Source: Nitrososphaerales archaeon
GTDB taxonomy: Archaea; Thermoproteota; Nitrososphaeria_A; Caldarchaeales; Wolframiiraptoraceae
DNA: 64,000 bases
Direction of reading: 5' to 3'
NCBI GenBank assembly: GCA_023269855.1
Contig: JAGDWP010000085.1
Span: 2,991 to 66,990 of the forward strand
Shown here: in pieces, positions 1 through 9,728 of the stretch
Layout of the letters: each line of letters begins with the position of its first letter
Position numbering within the stretch: position 1 is the stretch's first letter
The notes under the pieces: generated by a model
What the model was told of the DNA's origin: nothing
The model's input: only the letters and a program-made list of their open reading frames with translations
The model's database searches: none
Made by a program: the position numbers and the translations under genes

Positions 1-2581
1 GGAAGCCTGCTTCATCTCTAGAAAGTTTCAATTGCTCGATTAATGGATTTATTTCATCGTTTGGAGTCAGGCCAACATTTAACACTATTAGGTCTGCAGG
101 TATACCGATTTCCTCACCTAATAATTCATCTTTAACATATACTGCTCCATTCTCGATCCTTATCGCTTCTTCAGGTTTCATCTCGGGATTGTATTTAATG
201 AATCTGACACCTATCGCTCTAGCTTTCTCATAGAGTTCTTCAGCTTTCCTACTGTAAGTCCTAATATCTTTGTAGAGCACGAATACGTTCTTACCCATTT
301 CCTTAAGCCTGATAGCTTGCTTAATCATTACTTGACAGCAGAATCTTGAGCAGCCTTTAGAATCATATCTTGAACCTACGCAGCTTACGAAGACAACATT
401 CTTAGCATTGGGATTGCTATTGTTCTTAAAGATCTGTTCTAGGTCGAGAGAAGTGATTATGTTTCCACCTCCATTAGTCTGGAAGATTCCTTCAGGTTGG
501 TAGACTTTGGCGCCTGTTGCCATAATGATTGCTCCTACCTCAAGCTTTTCCCCATTTGATAAGTTTGCAATAAAGTTCCCAATGTATCCACTTACTGATT
601 CAACTTTTGCACCGAGTATAACTTTCACACCTGAACTATATACTTCCGTCTCCATTTCGTTTAACAGGTCTTCAGCTCTTATTCCTTCAGGAGCTATAAC
701 GTCGAGAAATCTTAAGAGACCGCCTAGTCTATTCTCTTTTTCAACTAGATATGTCTCGAAGCCTTGACGAGCTAAACTAGCAGCTGCGGCCATTCCAGCA
801 ACTCCTCCACCAATCACTAATGCTCTCCTAGTTACTGGAAGCTTTACAACGTATAATGGTTTGAGAAGCTTCGCTTTAGCAACAGCCATCTTAATCATAT
901 CTAATGCTTTCTCTGTAGCTTCTTTAGGATAGCCTGCATGGACCCAAGTGTCTAGATTACGTATATTAGCCATCTCTACTAGGTACGGGTTTAAACCTGC
1001 TCTCACAGCCGCATCAGTAAATACAGGTAGATGAGTTCGAGGAGAACAGGCAGCTACAACAAGCCTATTAATCTTTTTCTCTTTAATCACTTGCTCAATA
1101 TATTTTGTGTATACTCCTGCACATGCAAATCTGAGGTCTTCGGAGTGAACTACTCCAGGGATTTTTGCAGCTTCCTGTGCTAACCACTTGACATCTGCAA
1201 CTCCCGCAATGTTTGATCCACAGTGGCAGATGAATACTCCTATTCTTGGTTCACCCTCCGCAGGTATTGTTTCTTCAAATTCTAATTTAGGCCAAGTCTT
1301 CTTCTTTACGTATTCGAGGGCTGCAGATGCTGCTGCACCTGCTTCTGTTACACTGTCAGCGATATCTTTTGGACCTGAAGAGCTCCCGCATACAAATATT
1401 CCTTCTCTCGTTGTAGCTATCATTTTACCACGCCAAGGTCTCGTCTTAATAAATCCGTCTTCATCCAATTCTATGCCTAGAGTAGCTGCGAGTTTAGCCA
1501 GGTCGGGTGGAGGTTCTGCTGCTACTGCGAGTACAACCATATCGTATTCTTTCTCTTCCAATCGTCCCTCCATTATATTCTCGTATCTTACTCTAAGTTT
1601 ATCACCATTCGGGATTACTCTTGCAGCTCTACCCTTAATGAATCTTACACCTTCATCTTTAGCACGCTTATAGAAGCCGTCAAAGCCTTTACCATACGCT
1701 CTTATATCCATGTAAAGTATATCTACATTCTTTATTCCATGTTCTATTGTTTGGACAGCTTGCTTAATAGTGTACATGCAGCAGAATCTAGAACAGTATT
1801 TATGATATCTAGGATCTCTTGATCCTACACATAATATAAACAGTATACTCTCAGGATGGTGACCGTTACTTGGTTTGATTATTTCTCCACCGCTTGGACC
1901 TGTTGATTGGAGTAGCCTCTCATACTCCATTGAAGTTAAGATGTCTGGATGGAGACCGTAAGAGTAGTCAGGTATTCTTGTTGCATCAAATACTTCGAAA
2001 CCTGTAGCGACAATTATTGCTTTAACTTTCTTCTTTATTATCTTAGGCTTCATGAAGAAATCTATACATTTAGGTCCGCAGACCTGTATACATCTATCAC
2101 ATGGTAAATAGTTGGGCGGCTTGTTTAAACAGTTATCAATATCTATAACGTATGCTCCAGGCTCGGACTGCGGTATAGGGGTATATATTGCTTTCCTAGC
2201 AGCCATACCGTAATCAAACTCGTTCTTCAAGAGCACTGGACAAGCATCGACACAGAGACCACATCTACTACATTCGTTTGTTACATATCTCGGTTTCTGA
2301 TATATTTCGACTATAAAGTCTTCACCATCTTTCTCAACATTTATGATCTCTGCTAGTGTAAGCAGTTCGATATTCGGATGCTTTCCAACTTCACTCATCT
2401 TCGGAGCTTCTATGCAAATAGAACAGTCTAGTGTTGGAAAGTTCTTATCAAGTATAGCCATCTTGCCCCCTATGGTCGGAGACTTCTCCACTAAGACGAC
2501 CTTGGCGCCTGCATTAGCAAGGTCAAGCGAACACTGTATCCCTGCAATACCTCCACCGATGACAAGTACTTCATCACTCAT
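1..2581 (-). CDS. hdrA: HdrA-like FAD/FeS flavoprotein with two HdrA-type units fused in tandem; 3' end lies beyond the left window edge
   Basis: Not in the ORF track (no stop inside the window). Reverse-complement translation from ATG 2581..2579 gives MSDEVLVIGGGIAGIQCSLDLANAGAKVVLVEKSPTIGGKMAILDKNFPTLDCSICIEAPKM. It continues through CSRCGLCVDACP, CVGSRD..YCSRFCC and RIGVFICHCGSNIAG. A second unit follows: RALVIGGGVAGMAAAASLARQG...SCVGSRYDSKGCSRFCC. The frame stays open to position 1. GGTGAT sits 5 nt upstream, 9 nt after the preceding stop. Confidence 0.85.
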   Translation of the reverse strand, partial: MSDEVLVIGGGIAGIQCSLDLANAGAKVVLVEKSPTIGGKMAILDKNFPTLDCSICIEAPKMSEVGKHPNIELLTLAEIINVEKDGEDFIVEIYQKPRYVTNECSRCGLCVDACPVLLKNEFDYGMAARKAIYTPIPQSEPGAYVIDIDNCLNKPPNYLPCDRCIQVCGPKCIDFFMKPKIIKKKVKAIIVATGFEVFDATRIPDYSYGLHPDILTSMEYERLLQSTGPSGGEIIKPSNGHHPESILFILCVGSRDPRYHKYCSRFCCMYTIKQAVQTIEHGIKNVDILYMDIRAYGKGFDGFYKRAKDEGVRFIKGRAARVIPNGDKLRVRYENIMEGRLEEKEYDMVVLAVAAEPPPDLAKLAATLGIELDEDGFIKTRPWRGKMIATTREGIFVCGSSSGPKDIADSVTEAGAAASAALEYVKKKTWPKLEFEETIPAEGEPRIGVFICHCGSNIAGVADVKWLAQEAAKIPGVVHSEDLRFACAGVYTKYIEQVIKEKKINRLVVAACSPRTHLPVFTDAAVRAGLNPYLVEMANIRNLDTWVHAGYPKEATEKALDMIKMAVAKAKLLKPLYVVKLPVTRRALVIGGGVAGMAAAASLARQGFETYLVEKENRLGGLLRFLDVIAPEGIRAEDLLNEMETEVYSSGVKVILGAKVESVSGYIGNFIANLSNGEKLEVGAIIMATGAKVYQPEGIFQTNGGGNIITSLDLEQIFKNNSNPNAKNVVFVSCVGSRYDSKGCSRFCCQVMIKQAIRLKEMGKNVFVLYKDIRTYSRKAEELYEKARAIGVRFIKYNPEMKPEEAIRIENGAVYVKDELLGEEIGIPADLIVLNVGLTPNDEINPLIEQLKLSRDEAGF

Positions 2582-2590
2582 ATCTATCAC

Positions 2591-3178
2591 CTACACTTCA
2601 TGAGTGCCAGCGACTTTGACGGGTTTTATAGGCTGAAGTTCTACTTCTCTAACATTCTCCATACCTAACTGGAACGCTTTCCTGTTTAAGTCAGCTGCTT
2701 TAGGGAATGTCTCGATTATCGTTTCTAGAAGTTTTTGCGGGTCAACAATCCCCACCGCTTTTGCGAAGGCGCCAAGCATTACTATGTTTGCAACTATCCT
2801 CCTACCTAAGCTATCAGCTATGTTGGTCGCTCTTACACCATATATCTTGCTGGGATTACATCTCACCAACCCATTCACGAGTTCATCATCTACTAAGAGT
2901 AAACCCCCTTCTTTCAAGGAGTGCCCATCTCTAATCATTCCATCCATAGACATTACGACAAGTATGTCTGGACGAACTATTAATGGAAAGACTATAGGTT
3001 CATCAGAGATCACTACATCTGCTCTTGACCAGCCACCCGTCTTCTCCGGACCATACATGGGTCTCATAGATGAATCGTATCCTTGCTTTACGGCTGCTCT
3101 ACCTAGAATTTCTCCAGCTCTGATTACTCCTTGACCTCCAAACCCTGCCCATCTTATATCCCATCTCACTTTAACCAC
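2591..3178 (-). CDS. 2-oxoacid:ferredoxin oxidoreductase gamma subunit (four-subunit KOR/VOR type)
   Basis: 195 aa. N-terminal IRWAGFGGQGVIRAGEILG is typical of OFOR gamma subunits. Overlaps the beta gene by 13 nt. Confidence 0.85.
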   Translation of the reverse strand: MVKVRWDIRWAGFGGQGVIRAGEILGRAAVKQGYDSSMRPMYGPEKTGGWSRADVVISDEPIVFPLIVRPDILVVMSMDGMIRDGHSLKEGGLLLVDDELVNGLVRCNPSKIYGVRATNIADSLGRRIVANIVMLGAFAKAVGIVDPQKLLETIIETFPKAADLNRKAFQLGMENVREVELQPIKPVKVAGTHEV

Positions 3179-4035
3179 CCCGCTTTCTTGAAAACTTCCA
3201 GTTCTAGGTCATGATACGTTGGCGCTTCACGATCTATGAAGTTACCTAGAATTATCGGTTCACCAGGTTTAAGTGTGATGCCTACTTTGTTCAAGTCGGC
3301 TGAATGATCTACTATACAGTTTTCTAAGAATAGTTTAATGTAATCTCTGCCGTCTCTTAAATCATTGTAAGAACCAAAGCCGACTGGGCATGGAGATATG
3401 ATCTCGATAAACGCAAATCCTTTAACATTCATTGCTCTCTTCATTGCGTCTGCGAGTTGTCTAACATGTAGAGTAGTCCATCTTGCCACGAATGGTGCTC
3501 CTAGTGCTGCTGCTAAGAGTGGTAGGTTGAATGGGGGTTCTGGGCAACCATAGGGACTGGTCGAGCTTTTAGCTCCTAAAGGTGTAGTTGAACCCATCTG
3601 ATTCCCAGTCATACCATAGATAAAATTATTTACTAGGAAGACGTTTATATCGACATTTCTCCTGACAGCGTGAATGAAATGATTTCCACCGATAGTAACT
3701 AAGTCTCCATCTCCTGATATGACTGTTACTTCGAGGTCGGGTCTAACAATCTTCATTCCTTCTGCGAAAGCTATTGGTCTACCATGAGTAACATGATAGG
3801 AATCCAGTCTAACATATCCAGCTATTCTACCAGTGCATCCTATGCCTGAAACAATTACGTGTTTATCTGGAGGTATGTTAGATGCAGCTATAGCTTCCAC
3901 ATAACATTTTAGTACTGTTCCAAGCCCGCATCCAGGACACCAAATATGTGGGAATCTCTCTCTCCTGATTAAGTCATCTCTCGGAGACTCATCAACTATT
4001 CTTTCTCTTAAAACTACTTTCTGACCCATTCTCAT
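3166..4035 (-). CDS. 2-oxoacid:ferredoxin oxidoreductase beta subunit (TPP-binding)
   Basis: 289 aa. Motifs: CPGCGLGT, GIGCTGR, and TPP motif ISGDGD..NN. 1-nt overlap with the alpha gene. Confidence 0.9.
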   Translation of the reverse strand: MRMGQKVVLRERIVDESPRDDLIRRERFPHIWCPGCGLGTVLKCYVEAIAASNIPPDKHVIVSGIGCTGRIAGYVRLDSYHVTHGRPIAFAEGMKIVRPDLEVTVISGDGDLVTIGGNHFIHAVRRNVDINVFLVNNFIYGMTGNQMGSTTPLGAKSSTSPYGCPEPPFNLPLLAAALGAPFVARWTTLHVRQLADAMKRAMNVKGFAFIEIISPCPVGFGSYNDLRDGRDYIKLFLENCIVDHSADLNKVGITLKPGEPIILGNFIDREAPTYHDLELEVFKKAGWLK

Positions 4036-5180
4036 TACACCGCCGCTCTAATACCATCTAGAATATATTCAGGTGGGGGGGCATAACCTATCGGATAGTT
4101 TATTCCTGCTACTGGACATTCAGCAACTTCTCTAACGGGGTGGATCAGTTGACCCATATTGATTTCAGCTACAAGTATTCTTCTAGCGTATTGGCTAGCA
4201 ATTCTAATCGGCTCTTCTGGGAAAGGCCATAAAGTGAGTAGTTTTATCATCCCAACTTTCAATCCTTCACTTCTCGCTCTTCTCACGGCTTCTTCACTTG
4301 ACCTAGCAGTTATACCGAAAGTAACGACGATCACGTCTGCATCATCTATGTAGAATGTTTCATACTTCCATAGACTCCTCGCATTCTTTCTCACTTTCAT
4401 AACCAGCCTCTCAACTAGTCTATGAGAATCTTCAATCTCCAGCGATGGATAACCTCTCTCATCATGAGTTAAGCCCGTCATGTGTATTCTATATCCATCT
4501 CCAGCAGCTACGAATGCTGGGACAAGAGATTCATGACTGTATGGTAGGTATGCTTCCTTAGGACCCGTATAGCGTTTCCTATTGATAATCGTTATTTTAT
4601 CATGTTCGGGGACAACTAGTCTTCCATACATGTGTCCTACTACTTCGTCAGACAGTACTATTACTGGGATCCGAAGCCACTCAGATGTATTGAACGCTTC
4701 AATTGTTAAATCGAAGAATTCTTGAACAGAAGATGGTGCGTAAACTACTAGTTCATAATCACCATGAGAGCCCCATCTTGCTTGCATTACGTCTCCTTGA
4801 CCTACGAAGGTTGGTATACCAGTGCTTGGACCCGCTCTCTGTACATCGACTATAACGCATGGAAGTTCAAGCATTGCTGCCAACCCTATCGTCTCCATCA
4901 TGAGTGAGAACCCGGGTCCAGATGTAGCAGTCATCGCTTTTACTCCTGCAGCTGAAGCTCCACATACTGCTACAATACTACCTATCTCATCTTCCATCTG
5001 TATGAAGTGTCTTCCAAGCTGAGGCATTCTCCTACTCATGTGTTCTGCTATCTCGTTCGAGGGCGTTATAGGATAACCTGCATAGAATTCGCAACCAGCT
5101 ATAAGTGCTGCTTCAACACAGGCTATGTTCCCCATCATGAAGTATGTTCCAGGTTTGAGGAGCTTAAGCTCTCCAGACAT
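4035..5180 (-). CDS. 2-oxoacid:ferredoxin oxidoreductase alpha subunit
   Basis: 381 aa. Motifs YPITPSNEI and ATSGPGFSLM. Subunit sizes are closer to 2-oxoglutarate-type than to POR, but the substrate cannot be read from sequence. Confidence 0.9.
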   Translation of the reverse strand: MSGELKLLKPGTYFMMGNIACVEAALIAGCEFYAGYPITPSNEIAEHMSRRMPQLGRHFIQMEDEIGSIVAVCGASAAGVKAMTATSGPGFSLMMETIGLAAMLELPCVIVDVQRAGPSTGIPTFVGQGDVMQARWGSHGDYELVVYAPSSVQEFFDLTIEAFNTSEWLRIPVIVLSDEVVGHMYGRLVVPEHDKITIINRKRYTGPKEAYLPYSHESLVPAFVAAGDGYRIHMTGLTHDERGYPSLEIEDSHRLVERLVMKVRKNARSLWKYETFYIDDADVIVVTFGITARSSEEAVRRARSEGLKVGMIKLLTLWPFPEEPIRIASQYARRILVAEINMGQLIHPVREVAECPVAGINYPIGYAPPPEYILDGIRAAV

Positions 5181-5464
5181 TACACATACTCCCTCCTATC
5201 GGCTTCAACTATGAATATAGCGAATTCAGGGCATATCCATTCACACATTCTACATGCTATACATTCTGCTGCTTTGCCATCTGCCACTCTTGGCCAGCGA
5301 TAACCTTTTATATTTCTTTCATCACCAACCTCCAATACATCTTTCGGGCATAAGTCTATGCAGTAGCCGCATTCTTTACATCTTTCAGGTATTATATGAA
5401 TAAGTCCTAGAGGGATTTTCTGCATATATTTATTGATGGGTTCCCTAACAATTTTTAAAGACAT
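5180..5464 (-). CDS. 2-oxoacid:ferredoxin oxidoreductase delta subunit (2x[4Fe-4S] ferredoxin-like)
   Basis: 94 aa. Two CxxCxxCxxxCP motifs (CKECGYCIDLCP, CIACRMCEWICP). First cistron of the operon. Confidence 0.9.
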   Translation of the reverse strand: MSLKIVREPINKYMQKIPLGLIHIIPERCKECGYCIDLCPKDVLEVGDERNIKGYRWPRVADGKAAECIACRMCEWICPEFAIFIVEADRREYV

Positions 5465-5516
5465 TTAAAACCCCACCAAGTATTTACAGTTATAATCTTG
5501 AGGGTGCTTTATTTAA

Positions 5517-5535
5517 GGAAAATCTAATATTTTCC
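5517..5535. promoter_or_regulatory. Perfect 7-bp inverted repeat GGAAAAT-N5-ATTTTCC between a TATA-like TTATTTAA and the 5556 start codon; candidate operator
   Basis: Read directly: ggaaaatctaatattttcc. It sits immediately downstream of gctTTATTTAAgg and 21 nt upstream of ATG 5556. Confidence 0.3.
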
Positions 5536-5555
5536 GAAATCCAATATTCTCCCGG

Positions 5556-6536
5556 ATGAAGGAGATTGAGCTAATCCAGTTACTTAGAGAATTCAGCCCA
5601 CATGAGTTTACCGAGGATAATTATGTTAATTCTCCATTACTAATGATTATAGAGAAGGCTGATGGACAAGATCTCATAGTTGTAGCTAGAAGCCAGAAGA
5701 GTATTCACGTACTTGATAGATTGTCATCCTCAAACCATGTAAAGAAGCTACGTGAAGATGTGTACTCTATTGAGAGGTTATCCATGATCGATGCAATGGT
5801 AAAGTTTTCATGGATAATTAGATTGAGTTGGAAAAATGAAGACGCCCATCTTGTATGGTCTCTTCTAAACTCATATCTAAAATCGTCAGACCAAGAATCA
5901 CTCAGATCTATATTGCTGAAAGAATTCAACATTGAATTAGAAAAATGCCTACGAAAACTAAGTATTAACACAGTTGAAGATTATAGTGAATTTCTAGGAA
6001 CATTGTTATTGAAGTTAGACCAGACGCTGTCAAACATTCCTCCAATTCTATTTCAGAAGATTATTGATTATCTATGTATTCATGGTGAGTTGACTGTTGA
6101 AGAGCTTTCTAGGAAAATAGTTAGAGAAGGTATAAGCATTAGTACATTGTATAAGACATTGTCTAAATTGAAGAAAGACAACTATGTTAGAGTTGTAAAA
6201 CATATAAGAGTCAGCAATAGGGGACCTATGAGAGAACTCCTGACTTCGAATTGCAATAAATGCCTCTACAATCACTCTTCACATGATGCTTGTTATAAAT
6301 TTAACTTAAATCAGTTATCCGCAGTTCTTTACGCATTGTATGATAAGCTTTTGACTCAGAAAGACATGGAGAGGTTGTACATCGAGTTCAGATCGATACC
6401 TTATCCCCAGAGAGTGTTGAAGAGAATAAATAACATCCTCATATCTCTACACAGCATAAAGTCAAGACTTGACGATAAGCTGACAAATTCAATTCTCCAG
6501 AGGATTCAAAGTATTACGGGAGCCTACATAATATAG
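5556..6536 (+). CDS. Hypothetical protein with a probable winged-helix DNA-binding region
   Basis: 326 aa. The segment ELTVEELSRKIVREGISISTLYKTLSKLKKDNYVRVV looks like an HTH/wing. It is followed by CNKCLYNHSSHDAC. I recognise no family. Confidence 0.4.
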   Translation: MKEIELIQLLREFSPHEFTEDNYVNSPLLMIIEKADGQDLIVVARSQKSIHVLDRLSSSNHVKKLREDVYSIERLSMIDAMVKFSWIIRLSWKNEDAHLVWSLLNSYLKSSDQESLRSILLKEFNIELEKCLRKLSINTVEDYSEFLGTLLLKLDQTLSNIPPILFQKIIDYLCIHGELTVEELSRKIVREGISISTLYKTLSKLKKDNYVRVVKHIRVSNRGPMRELLTSNCNKCLYNHSSHDACYKFNLNQLSAVLYALYDKLLTQKDMERLYIEFRSIPYPQRVLKRINNILISLHSIKSRLDDKLTNSILQRIQSITGAYII

Positions 6537-6569
6537 AAAAAGTTGATAAAAAGATGAAGAAGTTAATTG

Positions 6570-7517
6570 TCAGGCATATACTCCTATTTCTTCGAGTTTG
6601 AGGAGTCTATTCCAGTTTTCTTGAATCTGTTGCTTAAGGTTTTCCAAGATATTCTTATTCTCTGGCTCGAATAGATGTCTAAATCTACCTTGAGGTTGTA
6701 GGAACTCTTCAAGAGGCCGAGGCTTGGTTACTCTTACATTTATCTTTACTTTTCCATTTTCAACCTCGAATATTGGGAAGTATAATGTTTCAACAGCTAA
6801 TCTCGCTATCTTTATTGTTTGTGAAGGCGGATACCTCCACCCCAATGTACATGGAGTCAATACATGGATAAACGTTGGACCATCTATCTCTAATGCTTTC
6901 CTCACTTTATTAATGAAGTCTAGTGGATGAGATATTGATGCTGTAGCAGCATAAGGTATCCTGTGAGCTGCCACTATTCCTATCAAGTCTTTCTTTCTTT
7001 CCTGCTTTCCTGGGATTACTCTTCCAGCTGGACTAGTTGTGGTAGCTGCACCTGTCGGTGTTGCTCCAGATCTCTGTATTCCAGTATTCATGTAAGCTTC
7101 ATTATCATAGCATATGTAAAGCATCTTATGATTTCTTTCAAGTGCTCCTGAAAGTGCTTGTAAGCCTATATCGAAGGTTCCACCATCACCTCCAATAGCT
7201 ATAACATCATGGATCTTCCCCCGATTCTTCTTCTCCAGTATTCTGAAAGCTTCAGTTATACCGCTTGCAACAGCTGCTGTATTCTCAAATGCTACGTGGA
7301 CCCAAGGAAGCCTCCAGCTTACATATGGAAACATTGATGTTGAAACTTCTACACAACCTGTTGCATTAACCACTACAGTTGGCATCCTTACAGCTTTCAT
7401 TGCTAGTTTCATGGCTAGTGAGGGGCCACATCCAGCACAGAGCCTGTGCCCTGGTGCAAAATAATCTTTCGTCGGTATGTCTCTTATAGTCTTGAAATAT
7501 TTTTGAGCTGACTCCAT
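6570..7517 (-). CDS. porB: Pyruvate:ferredoxin oxidoreductase beta subunit
   Basis: 315 aa. Motifs CAGCGPS and TPP motif AIGGDGGTFDIG..N. Last gene of a gamma-delta-alpha-beta set. Confidence 0.85.
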   Translation of the reverse strand: MESAQKYFKTIRDIPTKDYFAPGHRLCAGCGPSLAMKLAMKAVRMPTVVVNATGCVEVSTSMFPYVSWRLPWVHVAFENTAAVASGITEAFRILEKKNRGKIHDVIAIGGDGGTFDIGLQALSGALERNHKMLYICYDNEAYMNTGIQRSGATPTGAATTTSPAGRVIPGKQERKKDLIGIVAAHRIPYAATASISHPLDFINKVRKALEIDGPTFIHVLTPCTLGWRYPPSQTIKIARLAVETLYFPIFEVENGKVKINVRVTKPRPLEEFLQPQGRFRHLFEPENKNILENLKQQIQENWNRLLKLEEIGVYA

Positions 7518-7518
7518 A

Positions 7519-8712
7519 CTATTCTTTCACCCCCCACCAGTAAATATCCCTATCAAATCTCCCAACTTCTATTGCGTTGATCAATTTCTTGAATAATTCT
7601 TCAGCGTCAATGAGTTTGAAATCTCTTCCACCTAGTCCATATACGAAGTCCGCAGCCAAGGTTTTAATCCCATTCTTGTATAGAGTAGTTAAAACATCTG
7701 TGTATAAGGGTCCTCCAACACCTCCGTATGAGTAGGCTCTATCCATTACCCCTACACATTTAGCGTTCTCCAATATTTTCGCAAGCTCTTTCTCAGGGAA
7801 AGGTCTATACATTGTTAAACCAACTACACCGATCTTTACACCCCTCTGCCTAAACTTTTTAGCAACATATCTCAGAGTCTCAACAGTTGAACCCAATGCC
7901 ACGATTATTATCTCTGCATCTTCCACTAGATATGGAGAGACTAAGCCATATGTTCTTCCAGAGATTCTCGAGAAAGAGTCTGCTGCTTTCCTGAATACTT
8001 CAGGCGTCTTGAGGATTACTTCGTAGAGTTGTCTCCTAAATTCCATATATGTATCTGGTAATGCCATCACACCATATGCCAGAGGTTTATCAAAATCTAT
8101 CCTGTATGGGTAGGGAACGTGAGGAATATACTGTAATACTTCTTCATCAGATAATACTTCCAGCGGCTCAACACTATGTGTTAAGATGAAGCCATCCAAG
8201 TTTACGGAGACTGGTAGAAGGAGTTCAGGGTCTTCAGCTATCTTAAAAGCCATTAGTGTGAGGTCATATGCTTGTTGAACATTATTAGCGAATAAGTGGA
8301 TCCACCCAGTATCCCTCGCATTCATTACATCTGAATGGTCACAGTGTATGTTTAGAGGAGAGTTGAGAGCTCTATTTGCGATGGCCATGACGATCGGTGC
8401 ACGCATAGAGGAAGCAGCATGTAGGATTTCATGCATTAAAGCTAAGCCTTGACTAGCTGTAGAAGTAAATGTTCTAGCTCCAGTTAATGCAGCACCTAGA
8501 CAGATGGAAATAGCTGAATGCTCGCTTTCCGCTTGTATAAACGCTGCGTTCAGTTCACCGTCTGCTACATATTTACTCAGTCTTTCAACAATTATTGTTT
8601 GAGGAGTTATAGGATACGCAGCTATAACGTCAACGTCCGCTTGTTTAACTGCGTAAGCTACTGCTTCATCACCCATTAAAGCCATCTTTTTAACTTGTTT
8701 CAACTCGCTCAT
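7519..8712 (-). CDS. porA: Pyruvate:ferredoxin oxidoreductase alpha subunit
   Basis: 397 aa. Motifs YPITPQT and TSTASQGLALM. Confidence 0.85.
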   Translation of the reverse strand: MSELKQVKKMALMGDEAVAYAVKQADVDVIAAYPITPQTIIVERLSKYVADGELNAAFIQAESEHSAISICLGAALTGARTFTSTASQGLALMHEILHAASSMRAPIVMAIANRALNSPLNIHCDHSDVMNARDTGWIHLFANNVQQAYDLTLMAFKIAEDPELLLPVSVNLDGFILTHSVEPLEVLSDEEVLQYIPHVPYPYRIDFDKPLAYGVMALPDTYMEFRRQLYEVILKTPEVFRKAADSFSRISGRTYGLVSPYLVEDAEIIIVALGSTVETLRYVAKKFRQRGVKIGVVGLTMYRPFPEKELAKILENAKCVGVMDRAYSYGGVGGPLYTDVLTTLYKNGIKTLAADFVYGLGGRDFKLIDAEELFKKLINAIEVGRFDRDIYWWGVKE

Positions 8713-8715
8713 ACT

Positions 8716-9018
8716 CTACTCCTCCACCATCTTAATTGCTTTAGGTGGACAGACTTCAGCACATATTCCACATCCTTTACAATAATCGTAATCAACCTCT
8801 ACAATTCCCCCATCTAATCTTATGATGGCCATGTCTGGACAATATATCCAACATAGAAGACATTTTGTACATTTATTTTGATCAATCAATGGCTTCTCCA
8901 TTCTCCAAGTCCCAGTCTTATACTCTAGAGAAGAAGGAACTCTTATCATTGCAGCTGGAGGCAACGTTCTCCATGAAAATTCTCCCTTAACAATCTTCTT
9001 CACATCTATCTCATTCAA
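8716..9018 (-). CDS. porD: Pyruvate:ferredoxin oxidoreductase delta subunit
   Basis: 100 aa. Motifs CTKCLLCWIYCP and CKGCGICAEVCP. Confidence 0.85.
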   Translation of the reverse strand: MNEIDVKKIVKGEFSWRTLPPAAMIRVPSSLEYKTGTWRMEKPLIDQNKCTKCLLCWIYCPDMAIIRLDGGIVEVDYDYCKGCGICAEVCPPKAIKMVEE

Positions 9019-9583
9019 CTAGTCTCACCTCATTGTATGCTCTTCTTAAAATCTTAATGTTTGCTTCGACTAGTTCTTCTGAGAATCTTTTGCTCAATAC
9101 TTCTTCAATAGTTTTTATGCTCGGCATACTTAAGACTTTAACTAAACAACCCAGCATTGGGATGTTGAATATTGGTCTACCAGATTCTTCAATTGAAATC
9201 TTCCTAGCATTAACAATATACACCTTGACCCCCCGTGGCAGAATAGATTTATCCAGTTTCGAGAAGTCATCTCCAAGATTTAAGAAAAGTAGTCCATTCT
9301 CCTTCAATCCTTCCAAGTATGATTGGAAACTCCGAGACATACCTTGGTCGATTATCACTATTATATCAGGGTTATAGATTCCTGAATGGATTTCTATCGG
9401 CTCATCAGATATCCTAGTGAATGCTTTAACAGGCGCCCCAGACCTTTCAGGTCCGAATTCTGGAAAATGCTGAGCATACATCCCTTCTAGTATGGCGGAG
9501 CGAGCGAGGATATCGCTCACGGTTACTACTCCCTGACCCCCTCTCCCATGCCATCTAATCTCGATCAACACAATAAACCTCAT
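9011..9583 (-). CDS. porG: Pyruvate:ferredoxin oxidoreductase gamma subunit
   Basis: 190 aa. Motif IRWHGRGGQGVVT. The G-D-A-B gene order is the classical archaeal por order. Confidence 0.85.
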   Translation of the reverse strand: MRFIVLIEIRWHGRGGQGVVTVSDILARSAILEGMYAQHFPEFGPERSGAPVKAFTRISDEPIEIHSGIYNPDIIVIIDQGMSRSFQSYLEGLKENGLLFLNLGDDFSKLDKSILPRGVKVYIVNARKISIEESGRPIFNIPMLGCLVKVLSMPSIKTIEEVLSKRFSEELVEANIKILRRAYNEVRLVE

Positions 9584-9728
9584 ACAAATAACAATGTAGC
9601 CTATTCTTAACTATGCCTCCAGCCTGCTGAGTAATCCAATACATCATACATCAATAGTTTATGCTGTCGATATTCATAATTCGAATGTTGATCAAAAACG
9701 TTTTTACCATGAAAGATTTTACATTTAC

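Noticed and set aside
507-2603. Plus-strand track ORFs 507..767, 1188..1673 and 2343..2603
   Set aside because: They are low-complexity Ser/Pro/Ala-rich translations antisense to the clearly coding HdrA-like frame, so they are shadow ORFs.
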